A stretch of DNA of 64,000 nucleotides from Octopus vulgaris (Eukaryota). The first letter of the stretch is position 1. The number at the start of each line of letters is the position of its first letter. Where the stretch lies: assembly GCA_951406725.2 (NCBI GenBank), contig OX597831.1, positions 930,001 to 994,000 of the forward strand, in the 5' to 3' direction. The position numbers were made by a program, and so were the translations under genes. Below the pieces are notes generated by a model, which was not told the DNA's origin, ran no database searches, and was given only the letters and a program-made list of their open reading frames with translations. Shown piece by piece: positions 26,637-41,384 of this stretch.

Positions 26637-28836
26637 TAAGGAAAGAACGCCTTAGACAATGTAAGTCCTATATACTTCTAAAAAGACATGATGGTCACGG
26701 CTGGAAAGCCCTTCATCATAAGTTTGCTCAACCAGTGCAGATCTGGGACTAAACAACAAAAACAGCAGCAGCAGCAGCAGCTAAGTTGACGAAAGACATT
26801 ATTACAGTTTCTGTTGTTTTCAGAAAACTAACCTAAAAGCAACATGTCTGAAAGAACTCTCAAACTGAATAAGATTGAAAACAATAAAATGTAATCATTA
26901 TTTAACTGAAGGATAAAACTGATATATTACGGTGAAACAAAGGAAATTGTTATCTTAATGTGAAATAAACCGATATTTTCCTCTAGAAAATAAAAGCAAA
27001 GTTGCTGTTTTATTGATAAATCAACTTAAATCGTTTGTCGACTGCCACAAGAAATTAAATTGTTTATTCTGATGGGAAATTACAATGAATTTTAAACACA
27101 TTCACAATTGGTGATGCCTTGCTACCTATAATTTAATACTTCAGTCATTCTGCTCCTCTTGTTGTTGTTGTTATATTTGTTGTTGTTGTTCATATTTGTA
27201 GTTATTGTACTTGTGAAGCAGCAGAGGCAGGGGTGGTGGTGGTGTTGTTGTTCTAACTGTTGTTTTTAGGTGGTAATGAGTTGTCACCGCTGGTTGTTGT
27301 TGTTGTTGTTGTTAGAGATAAGGTGTTCTTGAGTGTTTGTTTATGTGAAGTAATAGTAGCAGCAATAGTACTTCTGATGGTGTTGCTGTTGTTACTAATG
27401 GTAAAGTAGTATTGATGTTGTTATTAGACATAACGCTAATGTTGCTGAAGGCGTTATTATTGTTGTTATTACAAATAAAGTGGTATAGTTATTGTTATTA
27501 GAGATAGTATTTTTTTTAAGGTACTGCTGCTGTTGTTTTTGTTGCTGTTATCACTGTGAATATTGGGGATGTTTTTTGAAGCAGTGTTTTGAAATTAAAA
27601 TCAGTTTTCAAACTTCACACACACAAAGAAATAAATGTACACTTTGCGTTATTGAAATTATACAAAGAACATTTTCTTAGAGTTTTAGCATAAAGACAAT
27701 AACAAAACTGAGGAAATTTTAAAGGTTATTTCTAGTGTCACACATGCTTCTCAAGTTACTTCTATAAGATGTTAACTTGTTTTCTAACAGTTAAAAGAGC
27801 TGGGGCATGTAGGATCAAAATGTCTTACTCAGAGATGCATTGAACCAACTGCAATTGGATATGAACTGACAATACACTAACTACTCAGCTATATTTCACA
27901 TCAACATGGAAAATACAGTAAAAGATTTCAATATCTTGTGAGATGATGAAGGAGCCTTGTTGTTGATTATACATTTTTATATATTCTTTCTTTTTCTGAT
28001 CCCAGTTATAGGACTGTGGCCATGCTGGGACACAATTTTCCTCTTCCTCCACCCTAGTACTTTAACAGACAATTACTTTGTTGACTTCATAAAGCCAAAT
28101 CAAATTGGAATTGTGTGTATGTTTGTTAGCCCCAGGTCAATCCTGATCAAGCAGACCTGCGGTAAAAATGACACCACTAGTTACCATCACATAATATTTA
28201 GAAAGGATTTTTCTGGGTTAAATATAATTTTAGAAGAGATGTTTTCTGAATTATAAGCTAATGGGGATTCCAACTATGCACATAACAATTGGGAAATATA
28301 AACAAAGACACAATACATGGAATATTCACAGCTGAGTTTTCTCATCAGTCAGTGATGCAAAATATCATATATATATATATAAATCAAATTAGAGATAAAA
28401 CCACTATTAGGCAACTCAATTTGATTTATATTTATACTGTGAAATCTGATTTAATCCTAAATCTAATTTTTCCCTGTAAGTTTGTATATACTCCCTAATA
28501 TTATTATTATATATATATGCAATGACGCCACCAATAGTTGAATGCAAAAATGACCTTTTCTTGAATATGTTTACTTTTTATTTTTATAAAAACTTTCGTT
28601 ATCCAATAGCATCACCATTAGTCAAATATAGCAAGGTTGAATTCGCTTTAGGCATTCTTTTTGTTACTATTTATCTGCTGGTAATATTTCAGATGTTCAG
28701 TTTGAATTTCACTAAATTGGATCAACCTGATAATGTTGTGTTAATATATATTTTTGAAAATATTAATATTAATTTTAATGATATTTTCTATATATATGAC
28801 TGACTGTCAGTCTGTCTGTCTGTCTCTCTCTGCCTA

Positions 28837-28879
<43 letters not shown>

Positions 28880-28886
28880 GTGTGTG

Positions 28887-28924
<38 letters not shown>

Positions 28925-28989
28925 AATACAATAGAAACAATTGTCGGCTTTTTAATAAAGATGTAATTTTCTCTATACATATTTTTTGT

Positions 28990-29022
<33 letters not shown>

Positions 29023-29306
29023 TTGAATGTGTGTGTGCGTATGTGTGCATACACATGCAAACAGCCTTCAATCCTTTCAACTCATTTATCAAATGCACCC
29101 ATTTCACTTGCCAGTAGCACATTTCAGATTTCAAGAGTACCAGGCTTATGTGATTAGCTTACACACCAAGCGAAGAGAAAAAAAATCAAAGCAAAAAAAA
29201 AACTACAACAAAAACCTTGAAAACAAAACAAAGACACATGGCCAAACGGTCAGTAGATGGATTGATAAGCAGATAAAATGACTACCAGAAAGGCAAACAG
29301 GGAGAC

Positions 29307-29337
<31 letters not shown>

Positions 29338-29867
29338 CATCCACAGACAGATACTCTTCTGCAAATTCTCTGTATTGTCTCAGCTTTTCAACACACCCAT
29401 CATTGCCCAGATGTCAATACATTGAAACTCTGGTCATTAAACAGTGTTTACAATCAAAATACACAATCACAGTCCATACCTTGAATTTTACAACCCAAAC
29501 ATACTCAATCAAGTAATTACATAATGTTTACAATCTAGAAGCTATTAATTGTTTCTTCACATAATGTTTAAAATCTAAACACACCCAATCAAGTGTTATT
29601 TATAATAACTAATGAAGAGTTCATATAAGTGTTTGTAATTTATATACTTTAAATCAAGTGTTTACATAATGTTTACAACTTAAACACTATCAAATTTTTA
29701 TATTGTTTATATACATAGTAAATACAATAGTAATCCAGTGATTATAGAAACATTTACAACCTACTATAAACTATAATCTTCAGAACATTCTATTGTCTAT
29801 ACTACTTTCCTATACATTCTATTACTTATACAGTTGTATATATTCTGATGACTATTCTGCTCTACTA

Positions 29868-30196
29868 TCATCATCATCATCATCATCATCGTTTAACGTC
29901 CGTTTTCCGTGCTAGCACGAGTTGGACGGTTCGACCGGGGTCTGGGAAGCTAGGGGCTGCTCCAGGCTCCAGTCTGATCTGGCAGAGTTTCTACAGCTGG
30001 ATGCCCTTCCTAACGCCAACCACTTCGTGAGTGTAGTGGGTGCTTTTTACGTGCCACCTGCACAGGTGCCGGGGGGGGGGGTCCGGCATCGATCACGATC
30101 GGTTGGAGCTTTTAACGTGCCAGCGGCACGGAAGCCAGCCAAGGCGGAGCTGGCAACATTCGGATGGTCTTTTTATGTGCCACCGGCACAGGAGCC

Positions 30197-30197
<1 letters not shown>
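29868..30197 (-). mobile_element. SINE family C with 3 internal repeats
   Basis: Homologous to 23682-24095. Confidence 0.85.
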
Positions 30198-30232
<35 letters not shown>

Positions 30233-30666
30233 TGACTATACTGCTCTACTATATATATATATATATATATGTATGTCTATATGTTTGTATATGTGTGCAT
30301 GTGCTTGAGTGAGTGTCTATAAACATTTTTATGTGAGTATGAGTTTGTAGATAAATGTATACAATATAGAAGATGGAACTCAGAGTAGACAGATAACTTT
30401 TGATATAATATATATATGTACTGATTTCAATATCAAACAAAATTAGAGCTTTATGTGTATATATATGTAGATATTAACAGTTATTGCCAAGCTAATATGG
30501 CAGTCCATAAATATAGGACGAAAGTTGCCGTTGATTAGCTCCAAGAGGCCATCGCCACTAGCTAGCTATATGACACACAAACCTGGGTCCATTATAACTT
30601 TCGAACAGGGGAGGTCAGCCGCTTTCCCTTGCTGGTCAGGCATCTGCAGACATGTTTCAGGGTAAT

Positions 30667-30890
30667 GTATATGTAAACTAATTAACTTTTATTAGGAAAA
30701 GGTTAACAGTGACATTGAAATTCTGGCTAGCTCACCTTCATCAGACTGATGAAAGCAAGCAAGCTTAAACTTTGAAATTACTATTAATCTTTTCTTTGTA
30801 AAAGTTAATAAACATATACTCTACTAAACAGTATTGAGTAATTCTTCAGTTCAATGTTAAAGGGTTAATATATATAACTTGACATAAGAA
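30667..30890 (+). mobile_element. Fold-back element with head-to-head hammerhead-like arms
   Basis: Imperfect palindrome 30667-30819 centred on TCATCAG-A-CTGATGA; minus-strand 30707-30748 reads CAGT-CTGATGA-AGGTGAGCTAGCCA-GAAT-TTCAATG-TC-ACTG. Confidence 0.65.
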
Positions 30891-31340
30891 CACACACACA
30901 CACACACACATTTATGGGTACAGGCATGGCTAAATTCACAATAATGAGGTCCCAGTTTCAATGTTACTGTGCGGTATTTTAAGTAAGTATATTTTGCTAT
31001 GGTCTTGAGTTAATGCAAACTTGACGAATGAAATTGGATGGATGGAAACTGTTCGGAAGACTGTCAGGTAGATTGTACCTGTAATTCAATGGGCCAACTT
31101 TGTAACATACTGTGAGATGTTAATTCTGCCTGTTGAGAATTATATTAAGGATAAGAGAACCATTTATTTTATTTATGTGCATGTACACAAACATCCATCC
31201 ACCATCTGAAGCATGTTAAATTAAAAGAAAAAAAACACATGTAAAAATACATTTTTATATACTGGCTCCTTCATGGGAGTATCACTCATTCTCTCTCTCT
31301 CCCTATTATATATATATGGAGAGACAGATAGATAAATAGC

Positions 31341-31412
<72 letters not shown>

Positions 31413-31962
31413 CAGTTATGTAAGTACACACACACGTGCACACAGACACACACACACATGTATATAAATTTGTGTGTATGTCTGTGTTATAACAGCATTG
31501 GACATACAAATCAATACTGAGTAGAGCTAATCAATATATACACCTGTAGTAGTAGTGGTGGTGGTGGTGGTGGTGGTGTTAGTAGTAATAGTAGTTGTTT
31601 GCTGACAATGTCTATATAGGAAAATAGGTTTCACTGGGCAATGAATCACCAACTTTACCACTCAATGTCAACTGGTCAATTTATCAAGTTGAATAATAAA
31701 GGGTTTAAATACGCATGCATACACCCCCTACACCGACACAAAGGCATACACATGTTCATCTACATGTGCACACATAGATACATGGACATGCCTGAACATG
31801 CACATGTGTGCATGCACACACACGCACATATACACTTACTCATCATCACTCTTATATAGAGAAACACAAAGTGATGGTGACGTACAGTCATGCTGATATC
31901 TCTTCCAGAAATAATATATATGTTGCGTGTGTGTGTGTGTTTATATGTATATATATATAAAT

Positions 31963-32175
31963 AATGTTTGCTTCCCAATCACATGGTTCCAGGTTCAGTC
32001 CCACTGCATGGCAGCACCTTGGGCAAGTGTCTTCTACTATGGCCTCGGGCTAACCAAAGCCTTGTGAGAGGATTTGGTAGACAGAAACTGAAAGAAGACC
32101 GTCATACTTTGATACTTTGATAGGTTTCGGCCATTATTGGCCCAGGCCATGTCTAACTTAATAGCACCACCTGGT

Positions 32176-32206
<31 letters not shown>

Positions 32207-32411
32207 GTTTGTGTGTCTGTGTTTGTCCCCCCACCATCACTTGAAACCCGATGCTGGTGTGTTTACATCCCCGTAACTTAGCAGTTTGGCAAAAGAGACC
32301 GATAAAATAAGGTACTAGGCTTACAAAGAACAAGTCCTGGGGTCGATTTGTTTGACTAAAGGTGGTGCTCCAGCATGGCCGCAGTCAAATGACTGAAACA
32401 AGTAAAAGAAT
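31963..32411 (+). mobile_element. SINE family A (5'-truncated, with a ~70-bp internal insertion)
   Basis: Colinear with 41385-41782 except for 32104-32176. Confidence 0.85.
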
Positions 32412-32769
32412 AACCTTAATATATCACAGTAAATTTACTGATAAAAGAACCCAATACTGATGATAGAATCAAATTTGTGACTTCAAGAGCCACTTGTTTG
32501 GTGGTTTGTTAAAAGAAATCTTATATATACTATGTATTTACACACACACATGCATGCATAAAACCTGTGTTTATCCAGTACCAGTTTGTCCAACACATAC
32601 ATACACCCATGAAACTGTATGTAAAAACAATGAATTTGAACACCATAGAGCAAAGCCTTCTATCAAGTCTGGCTTATTAACTATCTAGCTTAGTTACTTG
32701 TCTATGTTCCCCATTTATCTGTAATTTCTTGGTTCAGTATCTTCTTATAAGGTTGCACCATTGTAGTAT

Positions 32770-34290
32770 GTATGGATGTGGCCCTCCCCAACCCACATCC
32801 CATCATCTCTGATGTATCCCCAAGGTTTGATATTACCCCTCATGCTTTTCTGTGCATCAATGACCTAGTTGTAGCCATTTCTAACAACACATACTCCCAC
32901 GCAGATACTACAATTCACACCTTTTAAACAACCTGCATACCTTCATCCACATGCAACCTACACATCACATGATTATCGTTTATTGACTCCTTAAACAAAT
33001 ACCTTGAAAGTACCCATCAATGTGGTCATGACGACTTTGCTTTCTTCCACTCCTATCAAGGGGAACATTCTTATACCTTATCCTCTCTAGTTATAGACAA
33101 CACACAACAACAGACCCTGTGGTAATCTCCCCTGCTAGGCAGTGACTTGGTGGTCATTAGACTGTTAAATAGAATACCTTGTGGTATGTGTTACAACACT
33201 TTGCGATGTGAGTTCAAATGCTACCACGGTCAACCTTGTCTTTCATCCTTTCAGGGTTGATAAAAAGGCACTAATCCAGGTTAGTGATCTGGTGAAACTG
33301 TTAGCAGGTTGGGTGGGATGCTTTGCAATATCTGATACAGCTTTTTGTCTCCTAACAGCAATGCTTACAATGACACTGGTGTGAAACTGTACCAGCTCAT
33401 GTTGGTGACCTTTTCATTGGATAAACATCAATGGTGGCGAGCTGGCAGAAACGTTAGCACACCGGGCAAAATGCTTAGCGGTATTTCATCTGCGTTACGT
33501 TGTGAGTTCAAATTCCGCCAAGGTCGACTTTGCTTTTCATCCATTTGGGGTCGATAAATTAAGTACCAGTTACACACTGGGGTCGATGTAATCGACTTAA
33601 TACCTATGTCTGTCCTTGTTTGTCCCCTCTGGGTTTAGCCCCTTGTGGGTAATAAAGAAATAGGTATAGAAAGAGGAAACTTGCATGTATGGATAACTAA
33701 CAGTCTTCCTCAAAAATCGCACCCAACCCTGCACATACATGTGCAGATACATGGTCAACCTTGGCTAGTTGAGAACCTACATATAACATTGCTAAACATA
33801 CATCATAAAAACTACAATTTCTCATTAGAACCAAGACATGCTTCAATGTGACTTGCTGTTGTTAGTATCTGTAGCTCAAGTAAGACCCACATTAGAGAGC
33901 TGCTCACAGCTATAGAGTGGTATTGTGGCAACATACATAAACCTTTTAGACTGTAACCGAAATATGGCCATTCAGTTGACTTGCATCAATATGGTTCAAC
34001 CACTTGGCCACAGATACACTATTTCTTCTTTCAACATATTTTATTATAGTTCTACTGTCCCTTATTCCACTGAATTAGCTGTGTACTTTCTCTCCACAGG
34101 CCTATTCTCCTCTTTCTATCATTGTTACTGTTTCTCAGCTTCTAGACTCTACACCAAAAATTTCTACCAATCTCTCTTTCCCAGAATTCTAACCCATCAG
34201 AATCTCTCTACCCCACTTCGCTCCTGCCATATTTTCCTCACAGACTCTGACTTATAGATTTTCAAGCTGAACCTTAGCCAAATGAATCAG
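32770..34290 (+). mobile_element. Decayed CR1-type LINE (RT core ~32790-33110 and 3' end ~33990-34290), interrupted by SINE B
   Basis: PQGLILPLMLF/CINDLVVAISNNTYSHADTTIH resembles the RT GVPQGS..LF..INDL...YADD motifs; VQPLGHR..SSFNIFY..STELA and NFYQSLFPR resemble the CR1 C-terminus. Confidence 0.6.
33432..33665 (+). mobile_element. SINE family B, full length
   Basis: Near-identical to 6239-6471. Confidence 0.85.
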
Positions 34291-34468
34291 ATGAGAATCA
34301 GAAAGCTTTCCAAATGTCAAAGGCACTGTTTCTCTCCTCTGGCTACATTATAACATGAATACTCTAACTACTACTCACACACCAAATTTTGAACAAGAAA
34401 CTAGGAAAGCATATATCTATGACAAATTCCTGACAAAACAACACACAGATACATACTCATGCACACAT

Positions 34469-34505
<37 letters not shown>

Positions 34506-34700
34506 GCTAAAATGTTTACTGAATGGGCAGTAATAAATAAATTATAAAAAAAAACCAAGAAACAAAACTTCCCCAAAGCAATTTGTAATAATTAGACAAT
34601 AACTCAAAAAGCATAATTCAAAATTCAAAAAAACACAAAGTATGCTAAACAGAATATCACTGAATGAACAAAATGGTGAACTTGGAAAAGAACAAAAACA

Positions 34701-34733
<33 letters not shown>

Positions 34734-35182
34734 CTTATTTCTGAAGAAGAAAGCATTCAGCATATTTCCGACCACTGATTCTCAGAAGACCAACTAATTT
34801 TTGGACGGAAATAAATCAAATGAAGTTAGTTTACAATTTTATTTCAATGTATTTAATTTTTTTTTTTTCATTCTTATTTTGTATATATGTTTTGTTGTTA
34901 AATTTTTCGAAATTTATCCGTTGAAAGTGAGAAAAGAATGAAAGGATATCTATGAGAGACAAGTCAATTTGTAATATTATTATATGTCTTTGTTGTTGGT
35001 GTTGGTGTTGCTGTTGTTGTTGTTGTTGATGTGACGAGTGAAAAGACAAATACTGTTCCAACAGTGCTGCACTTAGCATATTTATAGCAAAAATATCGTT
35101 TGCGGACTTTAACAATGAGAATTGTTAAGAATTTTATTGAAACATACTAAGATAAAACTTTAATCTCTCTCTCTCTCTTTCA

Positions 35183-35218
<36 letters not shown>

Positions 35219-36498
35219 CTCTTTGCTACAAATATCTCTTTATTTCTTATTTTCTCTCTCTATCTCTCAGCCTTTCCCCACCTGACTAAGCAATAAAATA
35301 AAAATGCTTTTGGGAACATGTAGCAGAATTTCTTGGAGAATATCAAGTCAGAACCGATAACCACCCTATGGATAGATACTTGTCACTATCAAATCTATTT
35401 ATAATATAATATAACAAACAAAATTTTATTCTTATATTCATATGCATGTGTGGGTGTTTGTTTATACATACTGGAGCCTGGTGCAGCCTTCTGGCTTCCC
35501 AGATCCCCGGTCGAACCGTCCAACCCATGCTAGCATGGAGAACGGACGTCAAACGATGATGATGATACATACTCCACTTGTAATGGTTTTGTCAAATTTT
35601 CTGTTTTGTTAGATTTTTGCTAAATTTTCCATTTGTCATGTTAAACCTTTGAAATATTACTTATGTAACGCAAAGCACTCCTTATATTTTGCACCCATTT
35701 GTAGAATATTCTTGTAATATCTTTTGTGCAACATCTTTTCTGTCTCTTTTTCTTGCCTCTCTTTTACCTTCCTCTCTCTCTCTTCCTCTCCATAATACTC
35801 TCCTTTATTGCTTCTGTCGCTTTGCCCTCCATGACTCTTTCTCTCTCCTCCCACTACCACATGACCCGTGGTAAACATCTCTCATCCCTTTTATGCTTTG
35901 CTGTTCTGACTTTCTATCTTGCCATTCTCTCGTCTCAAGTTCTATAGGAAATTTTCATTTTCCACTGTGTTACCCATATTCCTCTGTCTGGCAGCCACAC
36001 AGCTTTTCTTGTGTTGTATGTGTATAATAATTACAATTATTTTATTTTGGCATGTTTGTTTTTGTCATCGTCCTATATGTTTGTTAGCTATTCCCAGTGG
36101 CTTTCTGCTACTGGCACCACCAAAAAGTGAACAATATCAAAGATAATGGCACAAAATTGTAATGATCTTTTGGACAGTGACTGATGAGGAACCAGCAACA
36201 AATTTTGGGTTTGTTATGTTTTCGTCAAATTTTCTGTTTATCAGGTTTTTGTTAAATTTTCTATTTGTTATGTTAAATCTTTGAAATATTACATACATAC
36301 AGCATTTTATTGAAGCTGAAAAAACTTTACATAGTTTATAAACTATTGCATTTGTCTAAAAACTAACAACTGCTTGATGATCAGTTAACAATTTGTGAAG
36401 TCTTTATTAACTCTGCCTTTGGTATTTGAGTACTATAAGCTCTATTTTTTCTCCCCAACTTGTTTGGCACTTATGTGCATATGTGTGTGTGTGTGTGT

Positions 36499-36890
36499 CA
36501 TCATCATCATTTTAATGTCCACTTTAATGTCATTTAATGTCCAACCGCATGGGTCAGGTGGATTTTCTATGGCTGGATGACCTTCATATTGCTAAACCTC
36601 ACCTGTTTCCAAGTAAGGCAATATTTCCTCAATGGCTGGACATGTTCCTGCAGACTATTTGCAATGAATGGCATTGCTTGTATAACAGTGACATTCATTT
36701 ACAGCTATCACTCGATGTCAAGACAAGGAGACACACACACACACACACACACATATACATATACACACACATACAAACATATATACAATGGTTTTTCTTT
36801 CGAGTTCTGCCTACAAAATCTGCTCACTGGGCTGAATCCAGAACCATATAGTTAGGAAGCAAACTTCTTACCACACAGCCACAGTTGTGC
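36499..36890 (-). mobile_element. Chimeric SINE: family A head + microsatellite + distinct body + RTE-type tail
   Basis: Same layout at 13797-14135, 54180-54510 and 58680-59010 (+); body also at 2188-2440 and 37489-37725. Confidence 0.65.
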
Positions 36891-36912
36891 CTATGTGTGT
36901 GTGTGTGTGTAT

Positions 36913-36945
<33 letters not shown>

Positions 36946-37157
36946 TGTGTGTGTGTGTGTGTGTGTGTGTGCATGTGAACATATTCGAATTTAAGAGAAA
37001 GAAAATGTACTCAAGGTCTTGTTCACATGTCATTGCCTCTGTGAGACTCAATATCTGAAGATCATGCTTCAGCCCCTCATCTCACGTCTTCGTAAGCCTA
37101 ATACATACATACATGCATACATAACACACACACACACACATATATAAATATACATAC

Positions 37158-37191
<34 letters not shown>

Positions 37192-37751
37192 CAAGCATTC
37201 TGAATCAGTCTCCAGTAATTGTTAAACTATCTCTCATCTATTTAATCCTAACCATCTTGCTTTGTTTCTCTGAAGTTCATCCTTAGCAGCTCAGTTCACA
37301 CAAAATGTGTTCCAGCCTAAACTGCATGAACCAGTCGGTCCATTTAATAATCCACATCGTTGACTGACAGACACTCTGACCTTCTAACACTTCTGATTTC
37401 TTTGTCAAGTCTTTTACCCAATTCTTCCTCTCCAGGGCATATTCCCTCTGAACGCTTCACCACTCATGATTTTTAGAAAGTCAGTTTTCATCATCATCAT
37501 CATTTTAACATCCACTTTTCCATGCTTGTATGGGTTAGACAGAATTTGTTCCGGCAAATTTTCTATGGCCAGATGTTCTACCTGTCGTTAACCCCTACCT
37601 ATTTTCAAGTAAGGTCATTTTCCCTCCTGACTAGACATACTTCCACAGAAGTTTGCAAATGAAGAAAACTGTTGCATGCTGGTGATACCCATTTATAATT
37701 ATCATGCAATATCAAGGCAAGAAGACAGTATCACATCATATTACATATATA

Positions 37752-37982
37752 TATTTCTTTACTACCCACAAGGGGCTAAACACAGAGGGGACAAACAAGG
37801 ACAGACAAACAGATTAAATCGATTATATCGACCCCAGTGCGTAACTGGTACTTAATTTATTGACCCTGAAAGGATGAAAGGCAAAGCTCATCTCGGCGGA
37901 ATTTGAACCCAGAACGTAACGGCAGACAAAATACGGCTACGCATTTTGCCCGGCATGCTAACGTTTCTGCCAGCTCGCTGCC
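37752..37982 (-). mobile_element. SINE family B, full length
   Basis: Reverse complement of 6239-6471. Confidence 0.85.
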
Positions 37983-38879
37983 CTATATATAATACATATA
38001 TATATACACATATACATATATACAATGGGCTGATCAAATCCACTCAGAGGTTTTGTTGGCCTGAAGCAAGAGTAGGAGTTACTTGCTCAAAGTACCATGC
38101 AATGGGATTGAACTGGAAACCATACAGCTGGGAAGCAAACTTACCATGCAGTGAAGCCAATAGCTGCATGTAATTAATTAAGATGAATATTAATTATATT
38201 GATTACAAAAGCCTCAAAAGACCTGTGAATATCATCTGCACAAGCTTTGTCTTCTGACTAAACTATTAGGAAAATAGATAAATAAAACCTAGTCATTACC
38301 ATCTCAAGTCTATAAAATCATCAGACCATTGAATATTTTCAAAGTGTATGTCATAACACTTAGTGCATCTTAGATAATCTGTATGTATGTTGAGTGTTGT
38401 CTGAATGTATGGGCACACTTTGCAGTTGCCCAGTTTTGATCTATGTATGTTGTGGCTTGCTGTCAATAAATACTATAGGGCCCAGTGTATTGGTTTTCCT
38501 GGGGCCTGTAATGCAGCTAAGATAACCCTGGGTATGTTGAGGAAGTAAGTCAAATCTGATCAAACTTTTATGAATATTTGGCCATGGAACAATTTTTTCA
38601 TTCATTTGTTTTATGCTCACTCCGATGCTAGCATGGATTGCATGAATATATATTATTGAAACATTGTTTGACAGCTAAATGACATTCCCATTACCAACCC
38701 TTAACTTGTTTTTTTAAGTAATGTAGTTTTCATTCCATTTACCTTTGAAAATGCAGACCTACTGAATGATTGGTTGATGCGGAAATATCAATATATTTAA
38801 TAGCCGACAACTGTGCATACAATCAGACACATGACTGAAGGCAAATAATACGATATTTAATTGTTAACGAAACTTAATT

Positions 38880-39085
38880 ATAGAGATGTACTTGCATGAC
38901 AAGTGTTTTGATCTGAGATTGTGCGTTGAAACTAAAATGATTGTAGCATGGAAGACACAAACTAGCCATTAAGAAACACACAAAAACTGTTAACTCCAAT
39001 TAAACGTTTATTGTTTGTGATATGGTGTCAAAATTTTCATCCCTTGAGACTGCAATCTGGTCACTGACAAAATTTGTGCTGCATG
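38880..39085 (-). mobile_element. Second copy of the 24841-25070 family, with variant hammerhead at 39026-39069
   Basis: Minus strand reads TGTCA-GTGACCA-G-ATTGC..GGGAT-GAAA-AT-T-T-TGACA. Confidence 0.55.
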
Positions 39086-40024
39086 ACTATGGACTAATCA
39101 CAGGAGTTAGTCTCAGATTTTAAAGCAAAAATTTTGTAAACATCTAGTACTTCAAATCAGAGATCTGATTATCCTTGGCACCACTCTGAGATAACTAAAC
39201 AGGAGACTAATATCAATCTCTTAGGCATGTTCACTCTACATTCCTCACAAAACCAAAATCTATAATGAGTAGCTCTCTAAATGTTTATTCATTCTGCTAC
39301 AAGTAGCAACCAAACCTCAAGAATCTTAAAAAAAAAAAGAAAGGTACACTGGACAATGTAGTATCGTAAATTAACTATCTCAATAAAACGATGGTATGGT
39401 CATAAATGGAATGTTTTTAAGAATAGATCTAATTCAATAAAGGCTGATCTGGGGACTAAAAAACAACACAAAAACAACCATAATACACAGTATTTATTAC
39501 ACACACCACACATACACACTCAGGGAGCTTTTGCACAGTCATCTAATTTGCTAGAAATAGCAGTCAAATTTTCCTAAAACCATATCTTGCCATGTTAAAA
39601 AAGAAAGGACACACTGAAGTCCAAGATATATAAAATTTTGAGTGATATACTTAAGTCACCTGGTTTAATTACATCACCTGGTTATTAGGTGTCTTTAGAG
39701 GAATCCACTTTGTTGCAAGCACCTGGGACAGGTCTATGGGCCAAGGACAAATTCCTTCCACTTGCCATCCAGTTTTTGGGAGCCTTATAAAGGATGATGG
39801 ACAGAACCTTTAACTCCTGACTGAGTGTTAAAAATATATAGCATGGGTACAGGTGTGATTATATCAATGAGAAGCTTGCTTCCCAATTATGTGGTCTTGG
39901 GTTAAGTCCTAGTGTATAGCATCTTCTACTAAAGTCTTGGGCTAACCGAAACCCTGTAAGTGGATTTGGTAGACAGAAACTGAAAGAAGCCCAGTGTGTG
40001 TGTGTGCATGGATGTCTGTGTGCT

Positions 40025-40056
<32 letters not shown>

Positions 40057-40890
40057 TGTGTGTGTGTGTGTGTATCTGAGTGAGAAATTAATAAAATAAG
40101 AATCAGTACAACATACACATGCTCACACACACACGTGCTCTCACACACACATGTGCTCACACACACACACACACACACGTGCTCTCTCACACACACACGT
40201 GCTCACACTCTCTCTCTCTCGCACACACACACACACTCACACACGTGCTTACACTCTCATACACACACATACACAAATATACTCATACTTACACATATAT
40301 AAGCCAAAGGAAGAATACTGATATGGCTGCTTGATTTTTTGGAAATACTCAAATTTTCCCAACCACACACTCTTAACAAAAAAAAAATGGACATATTAGA
40401 AAATGTTAATTTGATCAAGTAAAACCTTCAAGGTGGTGCCCCAGCATGGCCGTAGCCCAAAGACTGAAACAAGTAACAAGTATAAGGTATAGTGATGACT
40501 GGCTTTTGATCAAAAGCCTGCAAGATCAGATCTAACTTGGGGGTTAAATAAGAACAAAAAAACAAAAACAAAAAAACCCCCCAAAAAACAACAACAACAA
40601 CAACAAAAAAAACAAACAAAAAACACAAAAATCAATTACAACTTTCAACATATATCTTCAAGTGTTGAAAATCTTTGACTACAATACTTGGATTGGCAAA
40701 GAGGATTTTCACGAACTTAGAATCATCTGACCCACAGCTCTTTAATCAAGATGGCTTGCTAAGTCTTACTACTGCAGATAAAGCCATTACATTTGCTGCC
40801 TTTCTTGTTTCTAACTTGACATGGTACAATTAAAAAAATAGCCCCTTCTAAAACTCTTCATCTTCTCTTCAGTTGTTTCTGTACAACGAA

Positions 40891-40926
<36 letters not shown>

Positions 40927-40931
40927 TACAC

Positions 40932-41026
<95 letters not shown>

Positions 41027-41384
41027 TACACCCATACTTACACACATACGAGCCAAAGGAAAGAGTATTGATATGGCTGCTTGATTTGCTGGAAATAGCA
41101 GCCAAATATAACTCAAACTTTTCCAACTACACACCCTTAGAAAAAAAAAAGACATATTAGAATATGTAGACTAAGAGAACATGATGGCCATATTTGGAAT
41201 GCATTTCATTAGAAATCAGTTTAATCAATAGCGCCCTGGGCTAAACAGCAACATATATATATGTATGAGTGTACATACATACATATATACACACACATAT
41301 ATGTATGTATAGATATATACACATAGACATTTATGTAGACATACCTTTATAATTTCTTATATATATATATATATATATATATAT

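Noticed and set aside
28331-28357. Minus-strand CTGA-CTGATGA-GAAAAC-TCAG
   Set aside because: No stem II or UH site; could be chance or a deleted relic.
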